Source: Felis catus | Taxonomy: Eukaryota | Assembly: GCF_018350175.1 (NCBI RefSeq) | Contig: NC_058368.1 | Span: 119,476,001-119,540,000 of the forward strand | Length of the DNA stretch: 64,000 bases | Direction of reading: 5' to 3' | In this document: positions 26,582 through 38,596 of the stretch, one piece after another | How the letters are laid out: each line of letters opens with the position of its first letter | Numbering within the stretch: position 1 is the first letter of the stretch | Made by a program: the position numbers and the translations under genes | Notes under the pieces: generated by a model | The model's input: only the letters and a program-made list of their open reading frames with translations | What the model was told of the DNA's origin: nothing | Database searches by the model: none

Positions 26582-27012
26582 TGTATTAGTTTCCTGGGGC
26601 TGCCATAACAAATCGTTATTGGCTTCATGTCTTAAAACAACAGAAATGTATCTTCTCACAGTTCTGGAGGCTGTAATTCTGAAATGAAGGTATTGGTAAG
26701 CCATGTCCTTCCTTCCTTGCCTCTTTCAGCTTCTAGTGGCTCCACACATCACTGCAATCACTGCCTCCACCATTATATGGTTGTCTTCTCCCTGTGTCTC
26801 TGTGTCACTCTATCCATATTTCCCTCTCCTTTCTCTTATAAAGACACCAGTCATGAGATTTAGGACCTACTCTATCCAGTATGACTTCATCGTAGCTTGA
26901 AGATGTCTGCACAGATCCCATCACAATAAGGTCACATTCACAGGTTCAAGGCTTAGAATTTAAGTTTATCTTTTTTTTTGGGGGGGGAGGGGGACACAAC
27001 TCAGTCCATCTT
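26582..27012 (-). mobile_element. MLT1B/C-type MaLR solo LTR
   Basis: tgtattagtttcctggggctgccataacaaat…aaaacaacagaaatgtatcttctcacagttctggaggc…ggtcacattcacagg. Confidence 0.85.
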
Positions 27013-27378
27013 AGAACAGAGTAGCAGCACTGGATATGGAAAGATGGATTCCGACTCTCAACATATTTTGAAGACAGAGCTAGGAAGATTCTCTGAAAGG
27101 CTAGAGATGTGGGATATGAGAGATAATGAGAAGTCAAATTGGATTCCAAAGGTTTTGTTCTGGATACTTGGAAGGATAAGGTTGATATCAAGTGAGATGG
27201 AAAGAGTGAGGCTGGGAAGTGGGGAGGGGGTGATTTTAGGGCAGGGATCAGGGGTTCAGTTTTGAATATGTGAAGTTGAGATGTCCAATAGATACCAAAG
27301 TAGAGGATGAACAGCTTTTCAGAGTCTTTCTCCTAATTTTTATATATTCCTTTTAACCTATCTCACTGCGAGGGATGG

Positions 27379-27381
<3 letters not shown>

Positions 27382-27424
<43 letters not shown>
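27382..27424. repeat. (TG)n microsatellite
   Basis: direct reading. Confidence 0.95.
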
Positions 27425-27428
<4 letters not shown>

Positions 27429-28802
27429 AATCAATGACTATAAGTAGAAAAAACACAGTTAAAACAAGGATTATTTTTCAATTAGGATGAAAATGGTACT
27501 TAGTAAGAAAAGAAACTAACATTTGTACATACTTTTCCCATTTGCAAATTGTCCTTCACTGGCCTTAGTTTAACTATTCCTTAAGTCAGTGATCTATAAA
27601 TGCTATCACTGTATCTATCCTTCAGTGAGAAAACAAAAGTAGTGAGGTTCCATCGCATCACTGAGCTCACCAGAGATTTCCAGAGCATCATTCTCTGATA
27701 TACAGATGACCCAGATATACAGATGACCCAGGCAAGGTTGTTGCCCTTAAGGAACTCACAGTTGGAGGGGAAAGAGATGACAGACATAGAGATAAATAGG
27801 AGATAGAGGTAAATGTGATCATGAGGTAGCAAAGAGGTGAAACCAAGAGCTAAGGGGATGTTGCTGCACAAGGTGCTTGTCACTTAGGGAACGTATTTAA
27901 ACTGAACATTTTAAAGATAAAAAGGTGGGACTTCCACTTATAAAAGGTGTATATAGCCAACAATCCTTAATGCAGCTTATCCTGAGTCTCCACTTTGGTA
28001 CCTAAAAAGACAGAAAAAAAAAAAAAGAAAAGAAAAGAAAACCAGCCACAGTGAAGACTAATAGTGAAAGGAAACCCATGGCCAAACTCTAGGATGATTT
28101 TCCACTAAACCTAAGATCAAGGGAGTTAGTTTAGGAAATTCAGTTATGTAAAACTGTATCCATACTTTACCTCTTGAAGCAGCCTTTTCAATTAGAGAAA
28201 GATGGCAGAAAGAACTATCCTTCTACCAATGTCTGCTACCTTGTTCAAAGACGTGGAAATATCTACCAAATGGAAAACTGGTCAGCCTTTCATGCAGGGC
28301 TACAACTTTTGAAGATCCTCTTTGCTCCCATGTTCCTATATCCATGTGCAAACAACTTCCATAAAACAACCAGCTAGAAAGCAGTCTTTTGGACTGGCTT
28401 TGTTACATTGCATCCTGAAATATAGTTCCTAGAAAAAACCTAAGAACAATGCATGCTAGCAATTGTGGTTTTTTAACTAGTGCATTAGTTTATACTATCA
28501 AAGAACCAGGCACGATATGCATGAGAAAATGTTAGTCCCATATAACAGGACCATACTAAATGATGGGTATTTGAACTAGGAATGAGTTGTAAGTTAGAAG
28601 AATTTAGAATAGAATTTCATCAAAACCAAGAGGATGATGGTCAGGACAAGGGAGATCCATAAAATCTGTCTATAAACAAATACTATGCTCCAAAAGATCT
28701 CCTCTTGCCTGAGGATAAATAAAGAGAACCTAAATCACACCGAGGGTCCATTGAAAAAATAATGCAAAACAATGGGAAGCAAAAGTCATCCTGAATGGGG
28801 GG

Positions 28803-28972
28803 GGGGTGCCTGGGTGGCTCAGTCAATTAAGCATCCCACTCTTGATTTCCACTCAGGTACTCAGGTCATGATCTCACAGTTTTGAGATCAGTCCCTTGTT
28901 GGACTGTGCACTGACAGTGTGGAGACTGCTTACAATTCTCTCTCCCATTCTCTCTGCCCCTCCCCTGCTCAT

Positions 28973-29008
<36 letters not shown>

Positions 29009-29040
29009 AAAATAAATAAATAAATAAATAAACAAAAAAA
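28803..29040 (+). mobile_element. CanSINE (SINEC_Fc-type)
   Basis: ggggtgcctgggtggctcagtc…(CT)n and (AAAT)n tail; internal 8-bp duplication actcaggt. Confidence 0.95.
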
Positions 29041-29228
29041 TCCTTAAGTTTGAGAAGAACAGAATTCTAAAAATTATTTCTAAAGAACTCCAAAGAAAAT
29101 TTTTTAATATCATGTGACATCATAAATAGGATATTAGAAGACATGATCTAAGCAAATAGGAATAGAAAGTTATCAGGAGAATGAATGGAGATGAAAAGGC
29201 AGCTGTATAATATAATTAAAAATCACAA

Positions 29229-29443
29229 GGCGCCTGAGAGGCTCAGTCAATTAAGTATTGGACTTCAGCTCAGGTCATGACCTCATGGCTTGTGAGTTCC
29301 AGCTCGGCATTAGGCTCTGGGCTGACAGCTCAGAGCCGGGGCCTGCTTCAAATTCTGTGTCTCCCTCTCTCTCTGCCCCTTCCCCACTGGTGCTGTCTCT
29401 CTGTCTCTCTCTCTCAAAAATAAATAATCATTAAAAATAAAAA
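29229..29443 (+). mobile_element. CanSINE (SINEC_Fc-type)
   Basis: ggcgcctgagagggctcagtc…ctgacagctcagagcc…A tail. Confidence 0.93.
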
Positions 29444-30232
29444 GAATTGCAAAGAGACCAAAATTGTAATAAGATCATCAAAATCTGTACTGGAGGGAGT
29501 AAAATCAGGCTTGCCGGTATATAAAATTGAATCATTAATGTGAAGGATGCACTTAGAAATACTCTCTGAGGATACAGGGGAGAAATATAAAAAGATCAAA
29601 GGATAAAGAAAGAAGATGGCATGTAGGGAGAAGAAAGAAAGAACGGAGACACCTGAGAATTGTAGGGATTCCCAAGGAGCAAGCTAGAACAACTGCTGTA
29701 TATGCATCAGAGTAAGAAATAATTGGGGGTAAAGGAAAACTTCCAGAGGTGAGAGAAAAATGGATTGGCATCATAGAAACTAATGAATCATGGTAATAAT
29801 GAAGATTTCTTGAACGTCTGCTGTGTCAGGTGTTTGTCTAAACAGTTTATCCCTATCAAATTTAATTAATTCATGACCATACAAAATTATGGTCTCCACT
29901 TTACAGATACGGCAACTGACTCACACAGAGATTAGCTAACCTGCCTGAGGTCAAAGAAGCAAAGGGCGAAGTCAGGACTAGAACCTTCTAACTACTGCCC
30001 TATAATAATGAAATAAAGTCCATGTTTAGATAAATCTCAGCAAATATTGGTAGTTACCTAGGTAAAGAAAAAAAGTCAACAAAAACACTCAAAAGTGAAA
30101 ATAAGCAAAAACAAACAAACAAAAGGAAGTCATCTGCAAGGCACAACTAAGCTGATAGGAGCCATAGGAGCAGTTTCAGAGAAATAGTTGCAATTACACA
30201 CAGCCCATCAGTTTGTACCATGTGACCTAGGA

Positions 30233-30490
30233 TTTTTTTTTTTTTAGAGAGAGAAAGGGGTGGGGGAGGGTCAGGGGAAAAGGGTGGAGAGAGAGAGAGA
30301 GGGAGAGATAGAGGGAGAGAGAGGGAGAGAGAGGGAGAGAGGGAGAGGGAGAGAAAGAAGGAGAGAATCCTTAGTAGGCTCCATGCTCAGCGTAAAGTCT
30401 GATGCAAGGCTCATTTCCACAATGCTGTGATCATGACCTGAGCCGAAATCAAGAGTCAGACACTCAACTGACTGAGACACTTGGTACCCC
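30233..30490 (-). mobile_element. CanSINE with expanded GA tract
   Basis: gatcatgacctgagccgaaatcaagagtcagacactcaactgactgag. Confidence 0.93.
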
Positions 30491-30538
30491 AAGAATTGCA
30501 TTTCTAAGATTTCAGCTTGAGGAAATAATTGATTATTT

Positions 30539-30541
<3 letters not shown>

Positions 30542-30571
<30 letters not shown>
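30542..30571. repeat. (CA)n microsatellite
   Basis: direct reading. Confidence 0.95.
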
Positions 30572-30574
<3 letters not shown>

Positions 30575-30639
30575 CCTATTTATACATATATACATTATAT
30601 AAAATATATGATATATCAATCTATATATTACATATGATT

Positions 30640-31000
30640 TATGTAAAATGATATTTATCACCATTATTTATAGTAGCAAAACTCCAGTGACTAGTGACCA
30701 ACAACTAAGATATACTTAAGTAACTTACGTTTGATATGTGTGATGAAATTATTATATAGTCATTTCAGTTATGTTTTTGAAGACTTTCAATGACATGGAG
30801 AATGGCCCTTGATATAACGTTAAGAGGAAGAACAAGAAATGGAACACTGCATATAGACAGATCACTATTTTTCTGATTCAAAATGTGTGCTAGCAGTGAT
30901 GTTATCTCTGAGTGGGGAGAATTCAGGTGAATTTTTGTCTCACGTCTAAATTTTTCTGCAATTGATAAATTTCATACAATAGTGATGCATATTAAAGAGT
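30640..31000 (+). mobile_element. Old L1 (L1ME-like) 3' fragment
   Basis: atttatcaccattatttatagtagcaaaa…aatgacatggagaatg…gttatctctgagtgggg. Confidence 0.6.
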
Positions 31001-31035
31001 GTTTAAATAATCAATAGTCAATTGTAAAGAATTAA

Positions 31036-31320
31036 TTTGTGAATAACCAAGAGCAAATACCATCCTAAGTAAATAATCTTTGTAAATAAAAATTCTTTGT
31101 AAATAATGCCTATGCAAATTGTCTTTGTAAATAATCAGTAGCAAATATCATCCTAAGAGAATACCAGTGACAATAAATCAAGGACCTTTGACCCAGAGGT
31201 TCTTTGTAAATAATCAATAGCAAATACCACCCTAAATAACAAGAGGACCATAAATCAGTGACGATAAATCAAGGACTTCATTTATCAGTGACGATAAATC
31301 AAGGACTTGACCCAGAGGTT
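31036..31320. repeat. Patchwork of interleaved short direct repeats
   Basis: tctttgtaaataa x4, agcaaata(c/t)ca(t/c)cctaa x3, cagtgac(a/g)ataaatcaaggac x3, ttgacccagaggtt x2. Confidence 0.9.
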
Positions 31321-31751
31321 AATTTTATGTATGACTCTGCCTTCATCACCTGGAGGATTTTTTTGTCTAGTTCTTAACCTCTGTAAAGTTTCCACACTTA
31401 AAAAATGGCTTCTCCTTTTGGAACGAAGGAGGCTACTGTCCTTCATTCTCACTATTCTCTCCCTTTTCCAAAGAACCAAATGAAAGTAATATGAACGTTA
31501 TTTGTAATTTGTCAGCTTCATCAATGCAAAGTCCTGTATTGAGGAGAAATCTGTTATTATTTTGGGGATTCCAGCACCCTTTGAATGTTCTATTTTTGAA
31601 GAATTCCCCACCTTTGAGTCTGTACCTCTTCAAGACAGACACTGGGAATTCATTTTCAAAATATCTCCTGCAGTGGGACCTCAGGCAAGTGACCTAGGCT
31701 TTGTCACTCAGATGCTCACACATACAACTTGAATTGAAAATTAGGGACACA

Positions 31752-31975
31752 GGGATGCCGGGGTGGCTCAGTCAGTTAAGCAGCCGACCTTGGCTCAGGT
31801 CATGATCTCGCGGGCGTGAGTTCAAGCCGGCGTTGGGCTTTGTGCTGACAGCTCAGAGCCTGGAGCCTGCTTCTGTTTCTGTGTCTCCCTCTCTCTCTGC
31901 CCCTCCCCCATTTGCACTCTGTCTCTCTCTGCCTTTCAAAAATGAATAAATGTGAAAAAAAAGTTTTAAGAAAAG
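31752..31975 (+). mobile_element. CanSINE with TSD
   Basis: canonical body; flanked by ttagggacaca on both sides. Confidence 0.96.
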
Positions 31976-33127
31976 AAAGTTAGGGACACAAAGATGCAGG
32001 CACAGAGGAATTCCTTCAGGGACAGTAGATGAGGCTCTAGGTAGGACCCACGTGCTCAACGGTGAGGAGTCTACTGCAGAAGTCAGATGTTTCCACAAGA
32101 CGTTTTCCTTTCTGTGTTATCTCCATGACTGCGTGTTAGCTAGAAGTCCTAAATAAATTACTTTTTTATTGAAACTCAGCTAGAGTGGATTCTGCCTTGG
32201 CCCCAGCAAACAACCTGAATTTGAGTTCCGTTCCAGCTAGTTATCGACAGAAGTCACATATTCTTTCTAAGCCTCAGTTTCTGTACACAGTATCTCATTT
32301 GATGGCAATAACCTTATGGCACTGGATCTGTCTTCTTCAAAGACCCCATTTCATACTCCACTAATGCCATACACATGCCTTCTTCATTCTCTCCTTAAAG
32401 TTACACTCACTAAACTATCTCTCCTCCCCTTTGATTTGTAAGAATGTGTAAATTTGGGCCATGGGATTGCAATAAATCAGAATCCTAGAATTTGGGGGAT
32501 GGATAGGATTTTAAAGAATTTCTAGCTCAACCACTCAACTGATAGATGAGAAGTCAATGTTGGGAACTTGTATGTTGACACTTTATTTCCAATCCATCCA
32601 AGCAGCTGAACATATTCTGGCCCTCCATATTGCTACGAATGTAGAGTAAAATGTGAAACTAAACCAGTTGTTTTGTCTCTGTGTCACCTAATTTGAGAAC
32701 TCTTAATAAATGGACTGAGGTGATTAGCAGTTCATGTACTAGAGAAGCTCATCCCAAACAATCATTCCAGAATATAGTAGACATAACAACCTTGTGGATC
32801 ATTTTCCTGAGGAAAGCTAACCTGGTATGTCACTTTTGCCAGTCACCAGCACTTTCACTGACAAGATGATATCTAACAGTTCAAATAGAATTGGTAAAAG
32901 AGCCAAGTTGGCAAACACGCAAACTGTATTACCCAAACTGTTCTACACTGAACCTTAGGCAGTTTCTCCAAAGTGAATTATTGACCAACTTGCCTAGAGT
33001 CTATAAGGCTTCTACTTCAATTTTTCTTTGTATATTTATAATTACACATTTCTCTCAGCATTGTTGTCCTTTGCCTTGGGTAGATTTCAAACTAAATGTA
33101 ACCCAGAGACAGTGTCCCTTTGCTTAC

Positions 33128-33204
33128 CTCAGATCTTTTACTGTGGGCTCTAATTTTCTGGTTGAAGACTCCCAGTCAGTGACCACATCTTGCTTTAAGA
33201 GCAT
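33128..33204 (-). other. Candidate exon end (MLLKQDVVTDWESSTRKLEPTVKDL, phase 2) with strong splice donor
   Basis: minus strand …GATCTGAG|GTAAGC; unique sequence; the 168-codon ORF 33124-33630 stops only inside the donor. Confidence 0.25.
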
Positions 33205-33639
33205 CACGTTTCTTCGTATTTTATGAATATGGGCTGACACAGATGCCACTTGGCACCATAGGAAGAGGCTGAAGGCAAAGAAAGGTCTTGTAGATGAAGA
33301 CCACAAGCTAGGCTCAGACTCTGAAGCCCTCCAGTGCCCAGCTTTCGGCAGCCAAACATGGCTGTTCCTTTCTACTCTTAGAATCAACATCTCAAGAGAA
33401 TATATATACCAAAGCTTTGAGGCAGATGTTCTACGGATGGGACGTAAGAGTGGGCTGTCCAGTGAACTACTTGGTTCCACCACCTGTGTTCTGCCATCCA
33501 CTGAGAGTGCCTTTTTGTGCACATGTATGTATGCACACAAGCCCACGTACATGTGACACAACAGGGGCCGGTCTTCTGGTCCACATGTGGACAAGTTTAA
33601 CCTCAATGCTTCCTCTCCCTGCCTTTGCATTCTGACTTA

Positions 33640-34622
33640 TTCCTCAGTCCAAAGAGGCATTCTCACACTTCCTAGGGCTATCGGGCTCTCATGCTCCACT
33701 CTCATTTGCCAAATCAAAATTTCCTCTCAGTATTGAAAAGTCATTCACACTAAAACATTTGGACTTGATGCCCCTACTCCTGTTACATTCTGAATTTCTC
33801 ATACCTCTTCCTCATTCCTCAATGACTTGGGCACCTGACTTTCCTTTCCTCCAGAACTACTTCTGCCATCATGACTGGTGGCTTTAGCCTCCACATGCTG
33901 GCCCATCTACCATTTTGGTGTCTTAGTTCCTTAGCTCAAATGATTGTTTCCCCACCTCACCTCAGATTATCATTCACATGGTCACTTCCTAGATTTTTGT
34001 GACTAGAAACGGTGTCAGTTCTCTATCACATTACAACTACTATTATTTTTACCAATTGCCACACCTTATATCCTCACTGTCCTCTTTATACAGTCCAAAT
34101 CTCATGATGCATCACAAAAATAATCTCCTTTAAAACACCTAACATTTTTTTACCTCACTCTCTTTCTATTGTGCTTGCCTGGCAAACATCAACCATAATT
34201 ATACTCATTGACCCCTATATGAATAAATTTTACTAGACAAAACTAGGCAATTATACCAACTGGACTCACTTCAAATTTATAATCACAAATCTCAGATAGG
34301 CATTCAATATTGCATGACGATTCTAGAAACTTCTCTAGTAAAATTAACTTTTCCACTCCAGACAGTTATTTCATACTTTTTTTCCCCTCAAATCACACAC
34401 TCTTTTCCCTATCTCTGTTGATGACTTTGCCTCAGACTTTGTAGGGGGAAAAGGTGCAGTAAGATCAGAACAATCTCATTTTCCGACTATCAGTTCTGCC
34501 AACCTGCTTACATCATACGTTCTATATCCCTGCCTGTGAAAATGGAGGTAGTGTCCCTGCTCCCATTAAAGAGAAACCTCCATTATGCCCTGGATCCCAT
34601 CCCATTTCACCTTCTCAAGTAC
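33640..34622 (+). mobile_element. L2 ORF2 endonuclease-region remnant
   Basis: ggtggctttagcctccacatg (GDFNIH-like) and cattcacatggtcacttcctagat (HGHTLDL-like) vestiges; C/T-rich L2 composition. Confidence 0.65.
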
Positions 34623-34639
34623 TTTAAGGCAAATGTCTT

Positions 34640-34667
34640 TTTTTCTGTTTTAGGTGAAGTATAGTTG
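34640..34667 (-). mobile_element. Ultra-short L1 3'-end insertion with 14-bp TSD
   Basis: aaggcaaatgtctt at 34626-34639 and 34668-34681 flanks the reverse complement of caactatacttca plus an A tail. Confidence 0.7.
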
Positions 34668-34681
34668 AAGGCAAATGTCTT

Positions 34682-35112
34682 CTTATCTGACACAATTGAG
34701 AACCATACTTGATCCATAAATTTAAAATGCTAATTAAACCCAGGCATCATTAATTCTAACTAACACATACATATTCATTCATTTGCCAATCTTCTGCAGG
34801 ACAAAGATTGCACTTCTGGCTCACCTTTTGCATACACTGTATCTTCTGCAAATTCTAGTTTTGGTTTCTTTAAAGTACAGTGAGAACTGAAAGATATTTA
34901 AAGATGATGTGAGGTCACTGTCCTAGTTTTACAAATTCTCCCAATCTTTTATAGTTGCCTTGCCCATAACAATGGAACAGCACCTTTTTTAGCAACTTGC
35001 TAAAAAGTCTTTCCAAAGCATTCAGCTAATTTTTCATAAAAACAATTTTTTGCATGATTTCTTAATTTTATGTAATATTTCATTAAATTACATACTTACG
35101 GTAATGAATAGG
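34682..35112 (-). mobile_element. Tigger-family (TcMar) DNA transposon remnant, Tigger13-like
   Basis: minus-strand vestiges GKATIKDW and TLKKPKLE of a pogo/Tigger N-terminal HTH region; subterminal cttatctgaca. Confidence 0.55.
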
Positions 35113-35113
35113 C

Positions 35114-35496
35114 TGTATTAGTCTACTAGAGCTGCCACAATGAAATACCCCAGATGGGGTGGCTTAAACAACAGAAATTTATTTCTCACAGTTATGGAGG
35201 CTGGAAGTCCAAGGTCAGGGTGTGAGCAGGTTTGGTTTCCCTTGAGGCTTCTCCCTGGCTTGTAGTTGGCCACCTCCAGCATATAGTTGTTGTTGTTGTT
35301 GTTTTCTGTGTGCATGCTCTGGGTGTTTCTTCCTCTTCTTAGAAGGACAACAGTTCTACTGGATTAGGGCCTTACCCTTATGACCTTATTTAACATTAAT
35401 CATCTTCTTAAAGGCCCTACCTACAAATACAGTCATATTAGAGCTTAGGACTTCAACATAGGAACTTGGGTTGTGGAATACAATTCAGTCTATACA
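35114..35496 (-). mobile_element. MLT1A-type MaLR solo LTR
   Basis: tgtattagtctactagagctgcc…ggcttaaacaacagaaatttatttctcacag…gacttcaacata…caattcagtc. Confidence 0.88.
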
Positions 35497-35621
35497 TTAG
35501 GCATTGGCAAGTTCAAGGATGGACACAATTGCCTCTTTGTAAACAGTAGATCAAATGAACACAGTAATTCATGGAGTTTCAGAGTATGAAACACCAGCCA
35601 CGGGTACCATTACTTTAACAG

Positions 35622-35671
35622 AAGAAAAAGAAGGAAGGAAGGAAGGAAGGAAGGAAGGAAGGAAGGAAGGA

Positions 35672-35735
<64 letters not shown>

Positions 35736-35744
35736 GAAAGAAAG

Positions 35745-35787
<43 letters not shown>

Positions 35788-35806
35788 GAAAGAGAAAGAA
35801 AGAAAG

Positions 35807-35873
<67 letters not shown>

Positions 35874-35988
35874 AGAAAAAGACAGGAGGGAAGGAGGGAG
35901 GGAGGAAGGGAGGGAAGGAAGGAAGGAAGGAAGGAAGGAAGGAAGGAAGGAAGGAAGGAAAGGAAGAAGGAAAAAGAAAAAAGAGAGG
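35622..35988. repeat. Compound (GGAA)n(GAAA)n(GGAA)n polypurine tract
   Basis: direct reading; about 365 bp almost purely A/G. Confidence 0.97.
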
Positions 35989-36229
35989 ACAATTAATCCA
36001 TTCTCAAGTGGAGGAAATGGAGGTTAAGAGAATTTCAGTTGTACCTAGTATATCTGCATTGTCCATTTCTTCCTGTCTACTGTACAAATATGCCTTAAAA
36101 TAATAAATATTTTAAAAGGTTTTTTTAATGAATCTTCTTTGGCCTCTTGTCCTTCTATCTAACACTGTTTCTCTTTTCTCTCTTCCCCTTTCCTCCCTTC
36201 CCTTCCCATCTATTCTCTTATTCTCTTAA

Positions 36230-37630
36230 GTCACAGAAGAGCTGTCCAAACTCACTGTCTGCAAGCCCATCTGCACTTCTCATTCTTTGCTATCCACTCT
36301 GATTGGGCATTTTTTTCCCCACTCTAACCCCACTGTACAAAAATAGTCCTGATCAAGGTCACTGTTATATTCATCTCGCCAAATTCAATGGTCTGTTTTT
36401 CTGTTCTGCCTTGAATTCTCTTCGATGTCTATGCAGCCGGTCAGTTGTTCCCCTCCTTTCAAAAATGTTTTCATCTCTGGTTCTGTGACATCCCCTCTCC
36501 TGGTTGTTTTCCCTATGACAAAACTAAACCTCTAATCTTGGAGCCCTCTTACTATCTTTGCTTACAATCCCTCCTTGAGGTAATCCTCATCCTCCCCTAT
36601 GAAATAAAAAAACACTTCTATGTTGATAATTCACCTATATTGTTGGCTAGATATCTTCTCTCGTGATGGGTCTCATCTATCAGCATACACCACACCTCTA
36701 CCTGAATATAACTCCTGTTCTCAACTCCCACCTCAACACAGCAAAACCCTCCTCTTTGCATCCTTTCTGTACTTAGTAATGGGGCTGCAGTCTAACCAGT
36801 CACTCACACCAACGACATAGGAGATGCCCATGTTTTCTTTTTTCCCCTAACATCCTACATTAAATTCATCAGGAAGCTATCAGTTCTTCTCCAGGATCTA
36901 TCCTGAATCCTAATGCTGCTTATACCTCTAGGCTTCCCTACTCTATTGCATCTGCCGCTCTCTCCCCTGGGTCACTCCCAAGACCCCTGTCATCTTCCAC
37001 CTCCATTCTTGCTAGTATATCCCCTACAGACCATCCTCTACACAGAAAGATGTAAATTGGATCATGTCACTCTCGTACCATAAAATTCTCTGACGGTTTC
37101 CTTTATTTTTGAGTAAAATCTAAATTCCTCCTCTGGACTAGAAAGTGATCTCACCTCTACTGACTTTTTGGCCTCACGTTTCTTCATTCTCTCCACCATG
37201 CCCTAGCTTTCAGCCACACATGCCTTCTCTCTCTGTCCCTCAACACAGCAAGCTAGTTCTCATCTCAGAGCCTTCACACATGTTGCTTCCTCTTCCTGGA
37301 GAGTTATTTCTCCAGATCTTTGCAGACTTACCTTCTATTCACTTGGCTGCCAATTTGCATGCCATCTCTTCAGAGGGGCCAGCCCAGACCACCCTAAAGC
37401 CACCTGCCCAGTCTTTGCTGACCATTTTATCTGTAGCACACTTACCAGTATCACATATTATCATTTTTATGCATTTATTTACATGTTTTATTTTCTGTCT
37501 CCTCACTTGAATGTAATCTCCCTGAGTGCAAGGTTTCTGTACGCCTTACTCACTATTCTATCCATAGTATCTAGAAGAATGACTTACCATGGGAGATACA
37601 CAATAAATAGTTCATTCCTGACAGAATAAA
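36230..37630 (+). mobile_element. L2 RT-region to 3' end
   Basis: gccaaattcaatggtc, ttggatcatgtcactctc, cacttgaatgtaatctccctgagtgcaagg, caataaatagttc. Confidence 0.8.
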
Positions 37631-37988
37631 TGTAGATGACTACTATGATTAATTACATATGCACTTTTTTTTTCTGAGAGCAGGAAAAATCTTAAACCTA
37701 GGGAACTTAATTTTGTACATGGAATTGAGGGTGTTGGTATGTTGTGGGGAGGAGGAAGAGAGGAGTGGCGGCTTCCAGGGCTGCAACAATCAGACCATGT
37801 ACACTGTTCTGGTTTGCTTGCTTCTTGCCTTCATTTTTTCTCCTTGAAGGAGGGAGCTCAGTTCTGGTGATGTGAACTCACATGTCAACCCTGTTCTCCA
37901 TGACCTTCTATGAAACCTTACTACTTGCTATTTCCCTATTGTTCCTCAGATATCTATCTCCTGGGGGAATTCCTTTCCTATCGGCTCT

Positions 37989-38146
37989 CAGAACCAGCCA
38001 CATAAGTTGTGTGGCCCAGTGCAAAATGAAACTGTGAGGATCCTTGCACAAGATGGTGATGGCACAGCATTAAGCCAAGAGTGGGTCCCTTCTAAGGATA
38101 AGGCTCCAGGTGACTACACAGGTCACACACCTTTGAAGTCCATCCA
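37989..38146. mobile_element. MER45A-like hAT-Tip100 MITE
   Basis: ggcccagtgcaaaatgaaa…gcattaagccaag…cacaggtcacacacc. Confidence 0.75.
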
Positions 38147-38596
38147 TTAGGTCCTTCTTCTCCAGATTATAGGCCCGTTTTCTTTCCACACATCCTCCAA
38201 CACACCCCAATTCTTCCCTCTGTCCTGACTTCTGTCTTCTGATTCCATTCTCAAATGCAACCGAATCCAAAGAAAGGCAAAATGAAAATGAGAGACTAAT
38301 GAGCAGAGGGATCTGGGAACTTGAAACCTCGGGGAACAAGCATGGGACATAAAGTATGGCAGGTATAAAAATAAAAATGCTTGCTCACATTGTGGCAGGT
38401 AACAATCACAGAGAGCTTAAAAAGCCTGGATTTGTCCATGTTGATGTTTTTATAATTCTCCCAGTTAGTTTTGCTCACAAAAGGGATTAGACACAGAGTG
38501 AAAAATGGTGCTCAACATTTACTGTGGTCATGAATTTCATCTTTTTTTTTTTAATCGCCTAGCAAGGGAAAATCCATCTTGTTATTCCAAACTCAC

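Larger units (their letters stand above)
25370..27310 (-). mobile_element. Fragmented L2 interrupted by (TG)n, a CanSINE and an MLT1 LTR
   Basis: ctgagtgttgacaatgtgccaggcactg…; gtgcaaatgacctgaagcag; ggggttcagttttgaatatgtgaagttgagatgtc. Confidence 0.7.
27925..29780 (+). mobile_element. Ancient L1/HAL1-like 5' UTR and ORF1 remnant, interrupted by two CanSINEs
   Basis: starts gacttccact; A-rich ORF1-like stretch (ctgagaattgtagggattcccaaggag…aaaacttccagag); no intact ORF. Confidence 0.5.

Noticed and set aside
31036..31320. CRISPR-like repeat-spacer appearance
   Set aside because: Irregular spacing, the spacers are themselves repeats, no cas genes, mammalian context.
35555..36103. 182-aa K/E/R-rich ORF and antisense F/L/S ORF
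   Set aside because: Translation of the GGAA/GAAA microsatellite; the same applies to the ORFs at 17953-18298.
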